NCBI GenBank assembly: GCA_965261395.1
Contig: OZ253462.1
Coordinates: 4,096,001-4,160,000 of the forward strand
Source: Candidatus Latescibacterota bacterium
GTDB lineage: Bacteria; Latescibacterota; UBA2968; UBA8231
Length of the DNA stretch: 64,000 nt
Direction: 5' to 3'
The translations under genes were made by a program, and so were the position numbers. The notes below the pieces were generated by a model, which saw nothing but the letters and a program-made list of their open reading frames with translations, searched no databases and was not told where the DNA came from. Of this stretch, positions 1 through 10,801 are shown piece by piece. How positions within the stretch are numbered: position 1 is the stretch's first letter; each line of letters opens with the position of its first letter.

Positions 1-1128
1 ATGTATGCTGCTGAGAGCGATGGGTATGCGTTGAGGTATCAGGTGACGGATCAGGATGGCGATGCTCCCGACGCCTTGGAATTCACGATAGTGATACATG
101 GTATGCCCAGCTTCGGCGCTCAGGTCGTAGCAGACCAAAGCTACGAAGCAGGCGGTGAGGAGACCTTAGCCTTGCCGGAGGCAGCAGGTGGGAATGGCGC
201 GTTGACGTATACCTTGGAAGGGGAGTTGCCTGCGGGTCTGTCGTTTGATGGCGCGGCTCGGACGATTTCAGGTGCGCCGCCGACGGATGCGACGTATGCT
301 GAGTCCTATGCGTTGACGTATCGGGTGGCGGATGTCGATGGCGATGCTGTGACGTTGCGTTTCGCGATTCGGGTGAATGGTATACCCAGCTTCGTCCGGG
401 AGGAGGAAGACCAGCTGTACACGGCGGGCGAGGCGGTGAGCTTAGAGTTGCCGGAGGCGGTCGGTGGGAATGTGGCGAGGACGTATCGCTTGGATGGGGA
501 GTTGCCTGCGGGTCTGTCGTTTGATCCGGCGACTCGGACGATTTCGGGTACGCCGCCGGCGGATGCGTGGTATGCTTTTGAAGGGTATGCGTTGACGTAT
601 CGGGTGGCGGATGTCGATGGCGAAGAGCCGGCCCCGTTGGTGTTCACGATTCGGGTGGATGGTATGCCCCGCTTCGACGAAACCGTGTCGAGTCAAATCA
701 CCTTTGCCGAAGGCCAGACGATAGATCCTTGGGTGTTGCCTTCGGCTTCGGGTGGCAACGGCCAGTTGACGTATGAGTTGGTCGGGGAGTTGCCGGAGGG
801 TCTGACCTATGATGGCGCGACTCGGACGATTTCGGGTACGCTGTCGGCGGATGCGATGTATGCTGCTGAGAGCGATGGGTATGCGTTGAGGTATCAGGTG
901 ACGGATCAGGATGGCGATGCTCCCGACGCCTTGGAATTCACGATAGTGATACATGGTATGCCCAGCTTCGGCGCTCAGGTCGTAGCAGACCAAAGCTACG
1001 AAGCAGGCGGTGAGGAGACCTTAGCCTTGCCGGAGGCAGCAGGTGGGAATGGCGCGTTGACGTATCGCTTGGATGGGGAGTTGCCTGCGGGTCTGTCGTT
1101 TGATGGCGCGGCTCGGACGATTTCAGGT
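1..1128 (+). repeat. Intragenic direct repeat: 1-210 identical to 856-1065, near-identity continuing to ~273/1128
   Basis: Direct sequence comparison (offset 855); further matches 580-639 vs 1441-1500 and ~406-477 vs ~1267-1338. Confidence 0.9.
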
Positions 1129-3786
1129 ACGCTGCCGGCCGATTACTTGTATGTTGCCGAGGGCTATGCGTTGACGTATCGGGTGACGGATGTCGATGGC
1201 GATGCTGTGACGTTGACCTTCACGATTGCGGTGAATGGCATACCTAGCTTCGGCGATCAGGTCGTAGAAGACCAGCTGTACACGGCGGGCGAGGCGGTGA
1301 GCTTAGAGTTGCCGGAGGCGGTCGGTGGGAATGTGGCGTTGACGTATTTCTTGGATGGGGAGTTGCCTCCGGGGCTGGCGTTTAATGCCACGTCTCGGAC
1401 GATTTCGGGTGAGTTGTCGCCTAATGTGTCGTATTCTCCCGAAGGGTATGCGTTGACGTATCGGGTGGCGGATGTCGATGGCGAAGAGCCGGCCCCGTTG
1501 ACCTTCACGATTGCGGTGAATGGTATGCCCTTCTTTGAGGGAACTATTACGAATCAGAGAGTTCCTGAAGGGGAGGAGATGGCCCCGTTGGAGTTGCCTG
1601 CGTCTTTGGGCGGCAACGGTGAGTTGACGTATAGCTTGAATGAGGAGAATTTGCCTCCGGGTCTGGTGTTTGATGCCGAGGCTCGAACGATTTCGGGTAC
1701 GCCGGAGCTTAATGTGTCGCATCCTGCCGAGGGATATGCGTTGACGTATCGGGTGGAAGATGAAGATGGCGATTCGGCTGAGTTGCCCTTCTTCCTGACC
1801 GTCGACGGTACACCTACCTTTTTTGACGTGACCATTGAGGATCGAATCTTGCGTCAGAATGAGACGACGGATCCGTGGGAATTGCCAGCGGCTGCGGGCG
1901 GCAACGGCGACTTGACATATAGTTTAGATATGAATGTGCCGGGTCTGAGCTTCGACGCTGCGTCGCGGACGCTTTCGGGCACGCCGACGGACACTGGGGT
2001 GTATCGCTTGGTCTATCAGGTGGAGGATATTGATGGCGATTCGGCTGAGTTGACTTTTCACATAACGGTAGATGGCGCGCCCAGCTTTAGCGGGGACGTG
2101 GCCAACCAGACGTACATAGACGGCGAGGCGATTGAAGACTTGGTGTTGCCCTTGGCTTCGGGCGGCAACTTGCTCTCGCTAAATCCGGACGGCGAGGCCG
2201 TGTTCGGCGAGTTGACGTATACCCTAGACAACGTGCCGCCGGGTCTGACGTTTGACCCCAACCCCATGTCGCCGATGCTTTCGGGCACACCGATGGAGGT
2301 CGGAACGTATACGTTGACGTATACGGCCCACGACGCCGACGACAATATGACTGCTGAGGATGCAGCTATCCTTAGCTTTGAGGTCCGAGTGGAAGAATCG
2401 GCTACGGACCGTTTTGCGGAGCTCAACGAACAGATCTTGTCCAAGTATGCATTGGCTATTGCCGATGGAACGAATCGCGCCATCGAAAATCGCCTTGAGC
2501 AGATGGACAGAGTCGGCGATGTGAATCGGTCTTTTAGCTTCGCCGCCGAGTCTACCCTCCACGACATGATTCAATCCGGCCGGATCTTTGAGAATCGCCC
2601 GGTCAATATGTCTCAGGTTGTGAATGGCTCGTCCTTCGCGGTGCCGTTTGGTTTTGGTAGAGGATGCATCCTTTGTCCCGGCAGTCCTACATTCTGGGGC
2701 CGGGGAGACTACGGCCAAATGTCTAGCGACGACGGTTCGCTGGATTGGGAGGGCAACCTAACCCGTGCTCAGATCGGTTTGGACGCCCGGCCAGGTGCCG
2801 AGATGCTAACCGGTTTGGCGCTATCTTGGGCCCAAGGATCGTTCGATTATTCCGCCCCGTTGCTCGGCGAAGAGCGGGTCGACGGTACCTATGAGACTCG
2901 CATGTTGAGCCTGCATCCGTACGTCGGGTTCTCGCCAGGGCGGTTGGGGGTATGGTTGACGGCGGGCTTAGGGCGCGGCAACCTCGATATTGACGACGAG
3001 CAGGGAACCGTAGGCCAGCAGTCGAGCGATACGTCGCTGCGGACTGGAAGTGTAGGGGCTAGCGGTGACTTGCTTGCCAGCGGGCCGACTCAGTTGCGGA
3101 TCAAGGCTGCGGCTACAGTAGCCCAAGTCGAAGTCGAGGGTGGAGGCCGAATTGACGAACAGACGGTGAGTGCTAACCGCTTGAGGCTGGCTCTCAAAGG
3201 CTCCCATGCTTACGAAGCGGGTATGGATGGGCAGGTAACCCCCGAGATAGAGGTTGCTCTGCGCCAAGATGGCGGCGACGGACAGACCGGGGCCGGCGTA
3301 GAAGTTGGCGGTGGTCTGCGCTATGAGGGGGGGGGCTTCACGCTGGAAGCTATGGCGCGGAGTCTGGTAAGTGACGGCGACGACAGCGTCGAGTACAAAG
3401 AATGGGGGGCGCATCTGCTGCTTCAGCGCTCGGCTGGCACCGGTGGTCGGGGGCTGTCGATGCGGGTGATGCCGACCTACGGCACGCAGGCGAACAGCCT
3501 GACGCTGTGGGAGCGCAGCGTAGCCGAGATCGCGGACCGGGGTGCTGTGAACGCGCAAGGTCAGCTCAGAGCCGAGGTCGGCTACGGTTTAGCCGCGCCC
3601 GGCGGTCTGGGAGTGTACACTGTGTACAGCGGAATGACCCAAGCGCCGGAGCGAATGCAATTGCGCTTAGGTACGCGCCTTGAGGTGGATTCGTCGATGT
3701 CAGTGAGCCTTGAGAGCACGCGCTGGCAGCGCATAGCCGGTGCCGCTGAGCACGGACTCCTGTTGCGTGGGCGTCTGGTCTTTTAA
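1..3786 (+). CDS. Autotransporter with tandem Ig-like (He_PIG/cadherin-like) repeats and C-terminal beta-barrel; 5' end lies upstream of the window
   Basis: Repeated ~95-aa units (LPEAxGGNGxLTYxLxGELPxGLxFDxxxRTISGT...YxLTYRVxDxDGD); C-terminal amphipathic beta-strand region ending in F; frame is open from base 1. Confidence 0.85.
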   Translation: MYAAESDGYALRYQVTDQDGDAPDALEFTIVIHGMPSFGAQVVADQSYEAGGEETLALPEAAGGNGALTYTLEGELPAGLSFDGAARTISGAPPTDATYAESYALTYRVADVDGDAVTLRFAIRVNGIPSFVREEEDQLYTAGEAVSLELPEAVGGNVARTYRLDGELPAGLSFDPATRTISGTPPADAWYAFEGYALTYRVADVDGEEPAPLVFTIRVDGMPRFDETVSSQITFAEGQTIDPWVLPSASGGNGQLTYELVGELPEGLTYDGATRTISGTLSADAMYAAESDGYALRYQVTDQDGDAPDALEFTIVIHGMPSFGAQVVADQSYEAGGEETLALPEAAGGNGALTYRLDGELPAGLSFDGAARTISGTLPADYLYVAEGYALTYRVTDVDGDAVTLTFTIAVNGIPSFGDQVVEDQLYTAGEAVSLELPEAVGGNVALTYFLDGELPPGLAFNATSRTISGELSPNVSYSPEGYALTYRVADVDGEEPAPLTFTIAVNGMPFFEGTITNQRVPEGEEMAPLELPASLGGNGELTYSLNEENLPPGLVFDAEARTISGTPELNVSHPAEGYALTYRVEDEDGDSAELPFFLTVDGTPTFFDVTIEDRILRQNETTDPWELPAAAGGNGDLTYSLDMNVPGLSFDAASRTLSGTPTDTGVYRLVYQVEDIDGDSAELTFHITVDGAPSFSGDVANQTYIDGEAIEDLVLPLASGGNLLSLNPDGEAVFGELTYTLDNVPPGLTFDPNPMSPMLSGTPMEVGTYTLTYTAHDADDNMTAEDAAILSFEVRVEESATDRFAELNEQILSKYALAIADGTNRAIENRLEQMDRVGDVNRSFSFAAESTLHDMIQSGRIFENRPVNMSQVVNGSSFAVPFGFGRGCILCPGSPTFWGRGDYGQMSSDDGSLDWEGNLTRAQIGLDARPGAEMLTGLALSWAQGSFDYSAPLLGEERVDGTYETRMLSLHPYVGFSPGRLGVWLTAGLGRGNLDIDDEQGTVGQQSSDTSLRTGSVGASGDLLASGPTQLRIKAAATVAQVEVEGGGRIDEQTVSANRLRLALKGSHAYEAGMDGQVTPEIEVALRQDGGDGQTGAGVEVGGGLRYEGGGFTLEAMARSLVSDGDDSVEYKEWGAHLLLQRSAGTGGRGLSMRVMPTYGTQANSLTLWERSVAEIADRGAVNAQGQLRAEVGYGLAAPGGLGVYTVYSGMTQAPERMQLRLGTRLEVDSSMSVSLESTRWQRIAGAAEHGLLLRGRLVF

Positions 3787-4488
3787 TTGATTCATATACA
3801 TGCAGCACAGGGTACGACACACGCTTCTGGAGCTAAGCTTTGGAAGCGTGTGTCGTGTCATGCTGCGGCCCGTCTTTTCTCTACTTTGCCTTCTCATCCC
3901 ACCTCACTTTCACAGCCGGGCGAATACATAACAATTGTGTCCGGTCTGCCTCGTTCTGGTACCTCGATGCTGATGAAGATGTTGGCTGCGGGCGGCTTGC
4001 CGCCTCTAACAGATGGCATTCGCGCGGCCGACGGCGACAATCTTGGGGGATACTACGAATTCGAAAAGGTCAAGCAGCTAGAACAAGACACCACATGGCT
4101 CGAATCGGCGAAGGGTAAAGCCGTCAAGATCATATCCCAATTGCTCGACCAATTGCCGCTCCACAAACCGTACAAAATCGTGTTTGCCCTGCGGAAAATG
4201 GACGAAATTTTGGCTTCGCAGCGGGCGATGTTGGCGCGGCGAGGACAGCCCTGTGACCGGGTTTCCGACGCTGAAATGGCCGCCGCCTTCGGTCGGCACT
4301 TGAGTGCAGTGCAACAGTGGTTGGCGGAGCACAAGCAAATGGAGGTGCTCTATGTCAACTACGCCGCTGTCTTGCGCGACCCGCTTGCTACAAGCCACGA
4401 GATCAAGACCTTTCTCGCCCTCCCCTTAGATGTGCGGCAAATGGCTAGCGTGGTAGACGAAAGCCTGTATCGCCAGCGCATATCCTGA
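3787..4488 (+). CDS. Sulfotransferase-family protein (true start probably downstream, e.g. 3850/3886)
   Basis: 5'-PSB motif [14 protein letters not shown], plus GYYE and R..EILASQ motifs. Confidence 0.8.
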   Translation: MIHIHAAQGTTHASGAKLWKRVSCHAAARLFSTLPSHPTSLSQPGEYITIVSGLPRSGTSMLMKMLAAGGLPPLTDGIRAADGDNLGGYYEFEKVKQLEQDTTWLESAKGKAVKIISQLLDQLPLHKPYKIVFALRKMDEILASQRAMLARRGQPCDRVSDAEMAAAFGRHLSAVQQWLAEHKQMEVLYVNYAAVLRDPLATSHEIKTFLALPLDVRQMASVVDESLYRQRIS

Positions 4489-4532
4489 CTGCTTGCCGAG
4501 TCCTTCTCACTAACCTTACCGACCAAAACCGT

Positions 4533-6329
<1,797 letters not shown>

Positions 6330-6388
6330 TACACGCGCAAGAGGCGTACTTGCCGACTCTGCGCACCCTAATCCCGAAAAAGTAAATA

Positions 6389-7516
6389 ATGGCGTTGGGT
6401 CTCTATATCCACGTACCGTTTTGCCCCCAACGCTGCCCCTACTGCGCCTTTGCTACGGTCGTCGGCCAAGGGGATCGCCACGGCCCATATGCCGAGGCGA
6501 TCTGCCGCGAAATAGAGTCTTGGGCTCATTTGTCGTGGCCGGTGGATACTGTGTTCTTGGGCGGGGGGACCCCCAGCCAAGTTGAGCCAGCGCTAATTGG
6601 GCAGATGCTCGAGGCGGCTCAGCGTCATTTGGGGCTACACTCAGACGCGGAAATTGCAGTCGAAGTCAACCCGGGGACCGTTGACCGCGAGAAATTTGCA
6701 GCGCTAAAGGCTCTGGGGTGCAACCGCATAAGCATTGGCGCGCAGGCTTTTCGCGATGCCGATTTGCGGCACTTAGGCCGACAGCATAGCGCGGCCGATG
6801 TCGAAAGGGCGTATGCAGCGGCCAGAGCGGTCGGTTTTGCCAATGTGAGCTTGGATTTGGTGGCTAATGTACCTGGAGTCTCAGAGGCCAATTGGCACTT
6901 TAGCGTCGAGCGGGCTATCGCCTTGGCCCCAGAGCACCTTTCGGTCTATAGCCTCACCATTGAAGCAGGCACGATCTTCGCCCAGCGACAGCGTCAGGGG
7001 CTGCTGGAACCCGTCGCGGATGACGGGCAGGCTTGCACCTTGGAATGGACCGACGCATGGCTGGTGGCGGCTGGCTATGAACACTACGAGGTTTCAAACT
7101 ACGCCCGCCTTGGGTACCGTTCGCGCCACAACTGGGGCTACTGGACAGGTGTTCCTTACTTAGGCGTTGGGCTCGGGGCCCATAGCTTCATCGGTGGGAA
7201 GCGATTTTGGAATACACGTGAGCTTAATGCCTATCTCGACGCTATGGACCAAGGCCGGTCACCGTGCGCAGGGGAGGAGACCATAGCCCCGGACACGGCC
7301 CGTAGGGAACGTCTATGGTTGGGTTTGCGCACCATCGAGGGAATTGAGTTGACCGAGGAAGAGGTCGGTCGTGTGCAGAGCAGCAGGCGCTTTGCCGATT
7401 TGGCGAAAGTTGGGTACACCGTGCTCGAAGGCCAGAGATTGATCCTGACCCGATCGGGGTTTCTGCTCGCTGACGCCTTGTGCTTGGAGTTGGAGCGGGT
7501 CGTGGAAGATGGATAA
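6389..7516 (+). CDS. hemW: Radical SAM heme chaperone (HemN-like)
   Basis: LYIHVPFCxxxCxYC, GGGTPS, YEVSNYA, HNxxYW; conserved lepA-hemW adjacency. Confidence 0.9.
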   Translation: MALGLYIHVPFCPQRCPYCAFATVVGQGDRHGPYAEAICREIESWAHLSWPVDTVFLGGGTPSQVEPALIGQMLEAAQRHLGLHSDAEIAVEVNPGTVDREKFAALKALGCNRISIGAQAFRDADLRHLGRQHSAADVERAYAAARAVGFANVSLDLVANVPGVSEANWHFSVERAIALAPEHLSVYSLTIEAGTIFAQRQRQGLLEPVADDGQACTLEWTDAWLVAAGYEHYEVSNYARLGYRSRHNWGYWTGVPYLGVGLGAHSFIGGKRFWNTRELNAYLDAMDQGRSPCAGEETIAPDTARRERLWLGLRTIEGIELTEEEVGRVQSSRRFADLAKVGYTVLEGQRLILTRSGFLLADALCLELERVVEDG

Positions 7517-7536
7517 TAGGACGCGTTTGGATCTTG

Positions 7537-7587
7537 CACAAACTATAAAAGGCCGTTCCCAAAGGGAACGGCCTTTTATAGTTTGTG
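7537..7587. terminator. Probable bidirectional terminator, 24-bp perfect stem
   Basis: cacaaactataaaaggccgttccc-aaa-gggaacggccttttatagtttgtg between convergent hemW and tRNA-Tyr. Confidence 0.8.
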
Positions 7588-7671
7588 GTGGGGGGAGCAG
7601 GATTTGAACCTGCGAAGGCATAAGCCAACAGATTTACAGTCTGCCCCGTTTGACCACTTCGGTATCCCCCC
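7586..7671 (-). tRNA. tRNA-Tyr(GUA)
   Basis: GGGGGGA/TCCCCCC acceptor stem, ctGTAaa anticodon loop, long variable arm, GGTTCAAATCC, encoded CCA. Confidence 0.97.
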
Positions 7672-7680
7672 GGCGAATTT

Positions 7681-8529
7681 TCAGGTGCCGCTAGCTAGCG
7701 TTTTAAGCACTTGGTGCCGCGAAGGATGGCGCAGCTTGCTGAGCGCTCGCTCTTTGAGCTGGCGGATGCGCTCACGCGTGAGATTCATCATGTCGCCGAT
7801 TTCCTCGAGCGTCAGGGCCTCGTTGCCGTCGAGGCCAAAATAGAGCCTGATAATGCGCAATTCGCGCTCCTCGAGGGTTTCCAAGGCTGTCTCGAGCTGC
7901 TCCCGTGCCGATTCGCTCAAGATGTCGGCGTCGGGGGCTGCGGCCGTGTTGTCGGCTAAGGTGTTGAGCAGGCTGCGCTCGTCGTCGTCGGTGAAGGACT
8001 CGTCGAGCGAACACACGGCGCGGGCGCTGAGGATGGTCTCTAGAACCTCTTCGGCTGGGACTTCGAGTTCAGCGGCGATTTCCTCTATGTCAGGCTCACT
8101 AGCGCGATGTTGGCCCAATTTGCGCGAGGCTTTGGAAATATCCTTGAGTAAGCTGACTTTGTTGAGAGGAAGGCGCACGGTGCGCACGTGCTCGGCGAGG
8201 GTTTGGAGAATGGACTGACGGATCCACCAAACAGCGTATGAAATGAACTTGTAGCCCTTGGTGCCGTCGAAGCGGTCGGCCGCCGTGATGAGGCCGAGAT
8301 TACCAGCGCTAATCAGGTCGGATAGGGACAAACCGCGATTTTGGTACTTCTTGGCTACATCGACGACAAACCGCAAGTTGGCACTGATCATTTCTTCACG
8401 AGCATGCATATCGCCATTTTTGATGCGATCGGCCAGTTCTACTTCGCGTTCTCTCGAAAGGGGCGTGGACTCAGCAATATCGTCGAAATAGAGCCGCAGG
8501 GTGTTTTCCTCGTCGTGCAGATTCTGCAT
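7681..8529 (-). CDS. Sigma-70 family factor, RpoD/SigA-like lacking region 1.1 (alternative start 8541)
   Basis: ANLRFVVDVAKKY, GYKFISYAVWWIRQSI, TLEEIG..LTRERIRQ; AGAGG SD precedes ATG at 8529. Confidence 0.93.
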   Translation of the reverse strand: MQNLHDEENTLRLYFDDIAESTPLSREREVELADRIKNGDMHAREEMISANLRFVVDVAKKYQNRGLSLSDLISAGNLGLITAADRFDGTKGYKFISYAVWWIRQSILQTLAEHVRTVRLPLNKVSLLKDISKASRKLGQHRASEPDIEEIAAELEVPAEEVLETILSARAVCSLDESFTDDDERSLLNTLADNTAAAPDADILSESAREQLETALETLEERELRIIRLYFGLDGNEALTLEEIGDMMNLTRERIRQLKERALSKLRHPSRHQVLKTLASGT

Positions 8530-8658
8530 AGAGCCTCTCATCTTTGACGTAAAAAGGGCTGCCTGAGCGGCAGGTCTTATCCCCTACGCCACAGCACCGA
8601 AATGCTCTCAGTGCAAATGGTGAGCGTAGCATAGCATAGTTATAGATGAAACTAACTG

Positions 8659-8687
8659 ATTATACATAAGGAGCCGCGCTGAGTCAA
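8659..8687 (-). promoter_or_regulatory. Sigma-70 promoter of the sigma factor/tRNA-Tyr unit
   Basis: TTGACT-17 bp-TATAAT on the minus strand. Confidence 0.75.
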
Positions 8688-8721
8688 GTCGTTTGCAAGG
8701 GCATCTGCAGGCAGCCATGCC

Positions 8722-9882
8722 TTAAGCGAGGCGGCGGTATTCGCCGGCTTGGTCCCAATCCACTAGGCTACGGCCGTTTAGGTCCCAGACTACTTGGCCT
8801 GCTCTCAGCGTTAGCTCGCATTCGAGTTTTTGCCGCCCCTGCATGCGCGCCCGGCCCGAATCGACAAAGGCAAAATCTCCTTCGTGCAGGGCGAAAGCCG
8901 CTAGGTCGGCTTCGGCTCCGACGCTGAGGTGGCCTAGCTGTGGATGCCTGATTACCTCGGCTGGTTTGTGCGTCGAGCGATAGACGACCTCTTGGAGGGG
9001 CATGCCGAGGCTCAGGAATTTGGACATGGTTATGGGCATGGTGGCGTTGGGCAGCATGCGGCTGGACTTGTGCAGGTCCGTGCTGATGGTATCCGGGGGG
9101 AAGTTTTGGGCCATGGCGGGCACGGCAATGCGAAACCAAAAGGAGCCGCTGCCATGGCCTGTGTCAAAGACGATGCCGCGCTGGCGGGCTTGGAGCACGT
9201 AGTCTTCGACTCGGTTTTCGGCGTCGAGTAGAGGGATATGGGCGGCGTAGAGGTGCGTGTGGATGTCCCCTGGACTCATGCGCTCGAGCAATTCCTCGTA
9301 CGTGCGGGTGGGTCGGGGGGCAAAGTCGATCATGGCGATGGAGTCGCTCTGTCGAGCCGCCTCGATCGCGCCACCTGCCGACTCCCAACCCGGGCCGCCG
9401 AAGTGGGCTGATTTGGAGCCGACAACGTGCTCGCGGTATTGCTCGATCGCCGCGGCGCAGAGCGCGGAGTCCATTTCGCTGACGTCTTGTTCGGGGGCAC
9501 CGATCATGCCAGCGCCGACGATATTGACAAAGGCCAAGACGCGGGTCTGGGCAGGGTCGATGATGGTGCGCTTGAAGTCGGCAAAATCCTTCCACCCAGC
9601 GCCGCCTGTATCTATTACAGTGGTCACGCCGTAGGGCAGGGCGTGCTGGTCGGGAAAGAGCCAACCCCCATACCCCCCATAGACGTGGACGTGGATATCG
9701 ATCAAGCCCGGAGTGACATAGAGGCCGGACGCGTCGATGACCTTTGCTGAATTGCACTCGATCTGGTCGGCGACCGCAGCGACTAGCCCGTCCTTGATGG
9801 CAATATCGGCGGGGCCGTCGAGGTCGTTTTTGGGATCAATGAGGTGCCCACCTTGGATGATGAGATCAAAGTCGCCGCTCAT
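8722..9882 (-). CDS. Amidohydrolase/deacetylase family metallohydrolase (dihydroorotase-like)
   Basis: PGLIDIHVH, GVTTVIDTG, FDTGHGSGSF, ISTDLH, GAEADLA. Confidence 0.88.
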   Translation of the reverse strand: MSGDFDLIIQGGHLIDPKNDLDGPADIAIKDGLVAAVADQIECNSAKVIDASGLYVTPGLIDIHVHVYGGYGGWLFPDQHALPYGVTTVIDTGGAGWKDFADFKRTIIDPAQTRVLAFVNIVGAGMIGAPEQDVSEMDSALCAAAIEQYREHVVGSKSAHFGGPGWESAGGAIEAARQSDSIAMIDFAPRPTRTYEELLERMSPGDIHTHLYAAHIPLLDAENRVEDYVLQARQRGIVFDTGHGSGSFWFRIAVPAMAQNFPPDTISTDLHKSSRMLPNATMPITMSKFLSLGMPLQEVVYRSTHKPAEVIRHPQLGHLSVGAEADLAAFALHEGDFAFVDSGRARMQGRQKLECELTLRAGQVVWDLNGRSLVDWDQAGEYRRLA

Positions 9883-10011
9883 AATGGCCGTCCTTTCGCC
9901 CGAGGGCCGCGTGTTGGATGCACCGTAGGATAACTAGTCGGCCAAGGTGGGGTCAATGGCTGGCCCCGCATTGCACAGAGTGCCTTTTTTGGGCAGATTA
10001 TTCAAGGATAG

Positions 10012-10131
10012 AGCACCGACCACCAGTGGAACTTCCAACTACTCTGCGGACACTGCAACAGCGTCAAAGGCAAAAAGACGCAAGCCGAGTTTGCCGCCTT
10101 GATGAATCAGAAAAAGAAGGATTTTAGCTGA
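10012..10131 (+). pseudogene. 3' fragment of an HNH endonuclease gene (not in the ORF track)
   Basis: Frame reads STDHQWNFQLLCGHCNSVKGKKTQAEFAALMNQKKKDFS*; in-frame TAG at 10009 and no start codon upstream of the HNH motif. Confidence 0.75.
10082..10121 (+). repeat. 40-bp direct repeat, copy 1
   Basis: aagccgagtttgccgccttgatgaatcagaaaaagaagga; 38/40 identical to 10750-10789. Confidence 0.92.
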
Positions 10132-10133
10132 AT

Positions 10134-10751
10134 ATGACGGACAAGACCTATCGCGAGTTGATTTTACAGGTTATGGGTAGCTTTCCACGTACGACAGACG
10201 AAATCTGCGATCTAGTCAAGCATAAAAGAGGGGCCGACTTCAATGAGCACTCGTGCAGGGAGGCACTCTCTACAATGGGCAAGAAAGGCTTACTGGAAAA
10301 TCCAGCATGGGGGGTATGGGCAATAGCGACGAAGATCACCCCGAGAGAAGAAGTGGAAAATTCAAGCGAAAGCGACGAAGATTGCCCGAAAGAAGAAGTG
10401 GAAAATTTAAGCGGATTCCCTGAAGGGGCAAAGACGGAGATTACGGTCAATCGCTATGAACGGGATCGGCGCAATAGAAAAGCCGCCATCGATTTTCATG
10501 GGATCGCTTGTCTCGCCTGTAATGTTCGGATGGCGGAACGATATGGGGAGATTGCCGATGGTTTTATCCATATTCACCATACGAAAAGACTGTCAACAAG
10601 CGACGAGTATACTCCCGATGTCGAGACTGATTTGATTCCTCTGTGTCCAAATTGTCATGCTGTTGTTCACTTGGTAAACCCTCCTATGGCACTTGAAGAC
10701 CTGAAGCGGCGGCTAGCTGAGGCGACCAAGCACCGAGAATACAAGAATTAA
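10134..10751 (+). CDS. Winged-helix + McrA-like HNH endonuclease
   Basis: EG...NRYERD...CLAC...IHIHH...DLIPLCPNCHAVVH; N-terminal Mrr_N-like winged helix. Confidence 0.82.
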   Translation: MTDKTYRELILQVMGSFPRTTDEICDLVKHKRGADFNEHSCREALSTMGKKGLLENPAWGVWAIATKITPREEVENSSESDEDCPKEEVENLSGFPEGAKTEITVNRYERDRRNRKAAIDFHGIACLACNVRMAERYGEIADGFIHIHHTKRLSTSDEYTPDVETDLIPLCPNCHAVVHLVNPPMALEDLKRRLAEATKHREYKN

Positions 10752-10789
10752 GCCGAGTTCGCCGCCTTGATGAACCAGAAAAAGAAGGA
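10750..10789 (+). repeat. 40-bp direct repeat, copy 2
   Basis: aagccgagttcgccgccttgatgaaccagaaaaagaagga. Confidence 0.92.
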
Positions 10790-10801
10790 CTTATCATGGA
10801 T

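Noticed and set aside
1-1800. Repeats as a CRISPR array
   Set aside because: They are in-frame protein domain repeats with no repeat-spacer structure and no cas genes.
9918-10127. 69-aa ORF from the track
   Set aside because: Shadow frame; the meaningful signal is the HNH fragment in another frame.
10082-10789. Direct repeats as att sites of an integrative element, or as CRISPR repeats
   Set aside because: Only two copies, no integrase, not tRNA-derived, and the mismatches are synonymous in an HNH coding frame.
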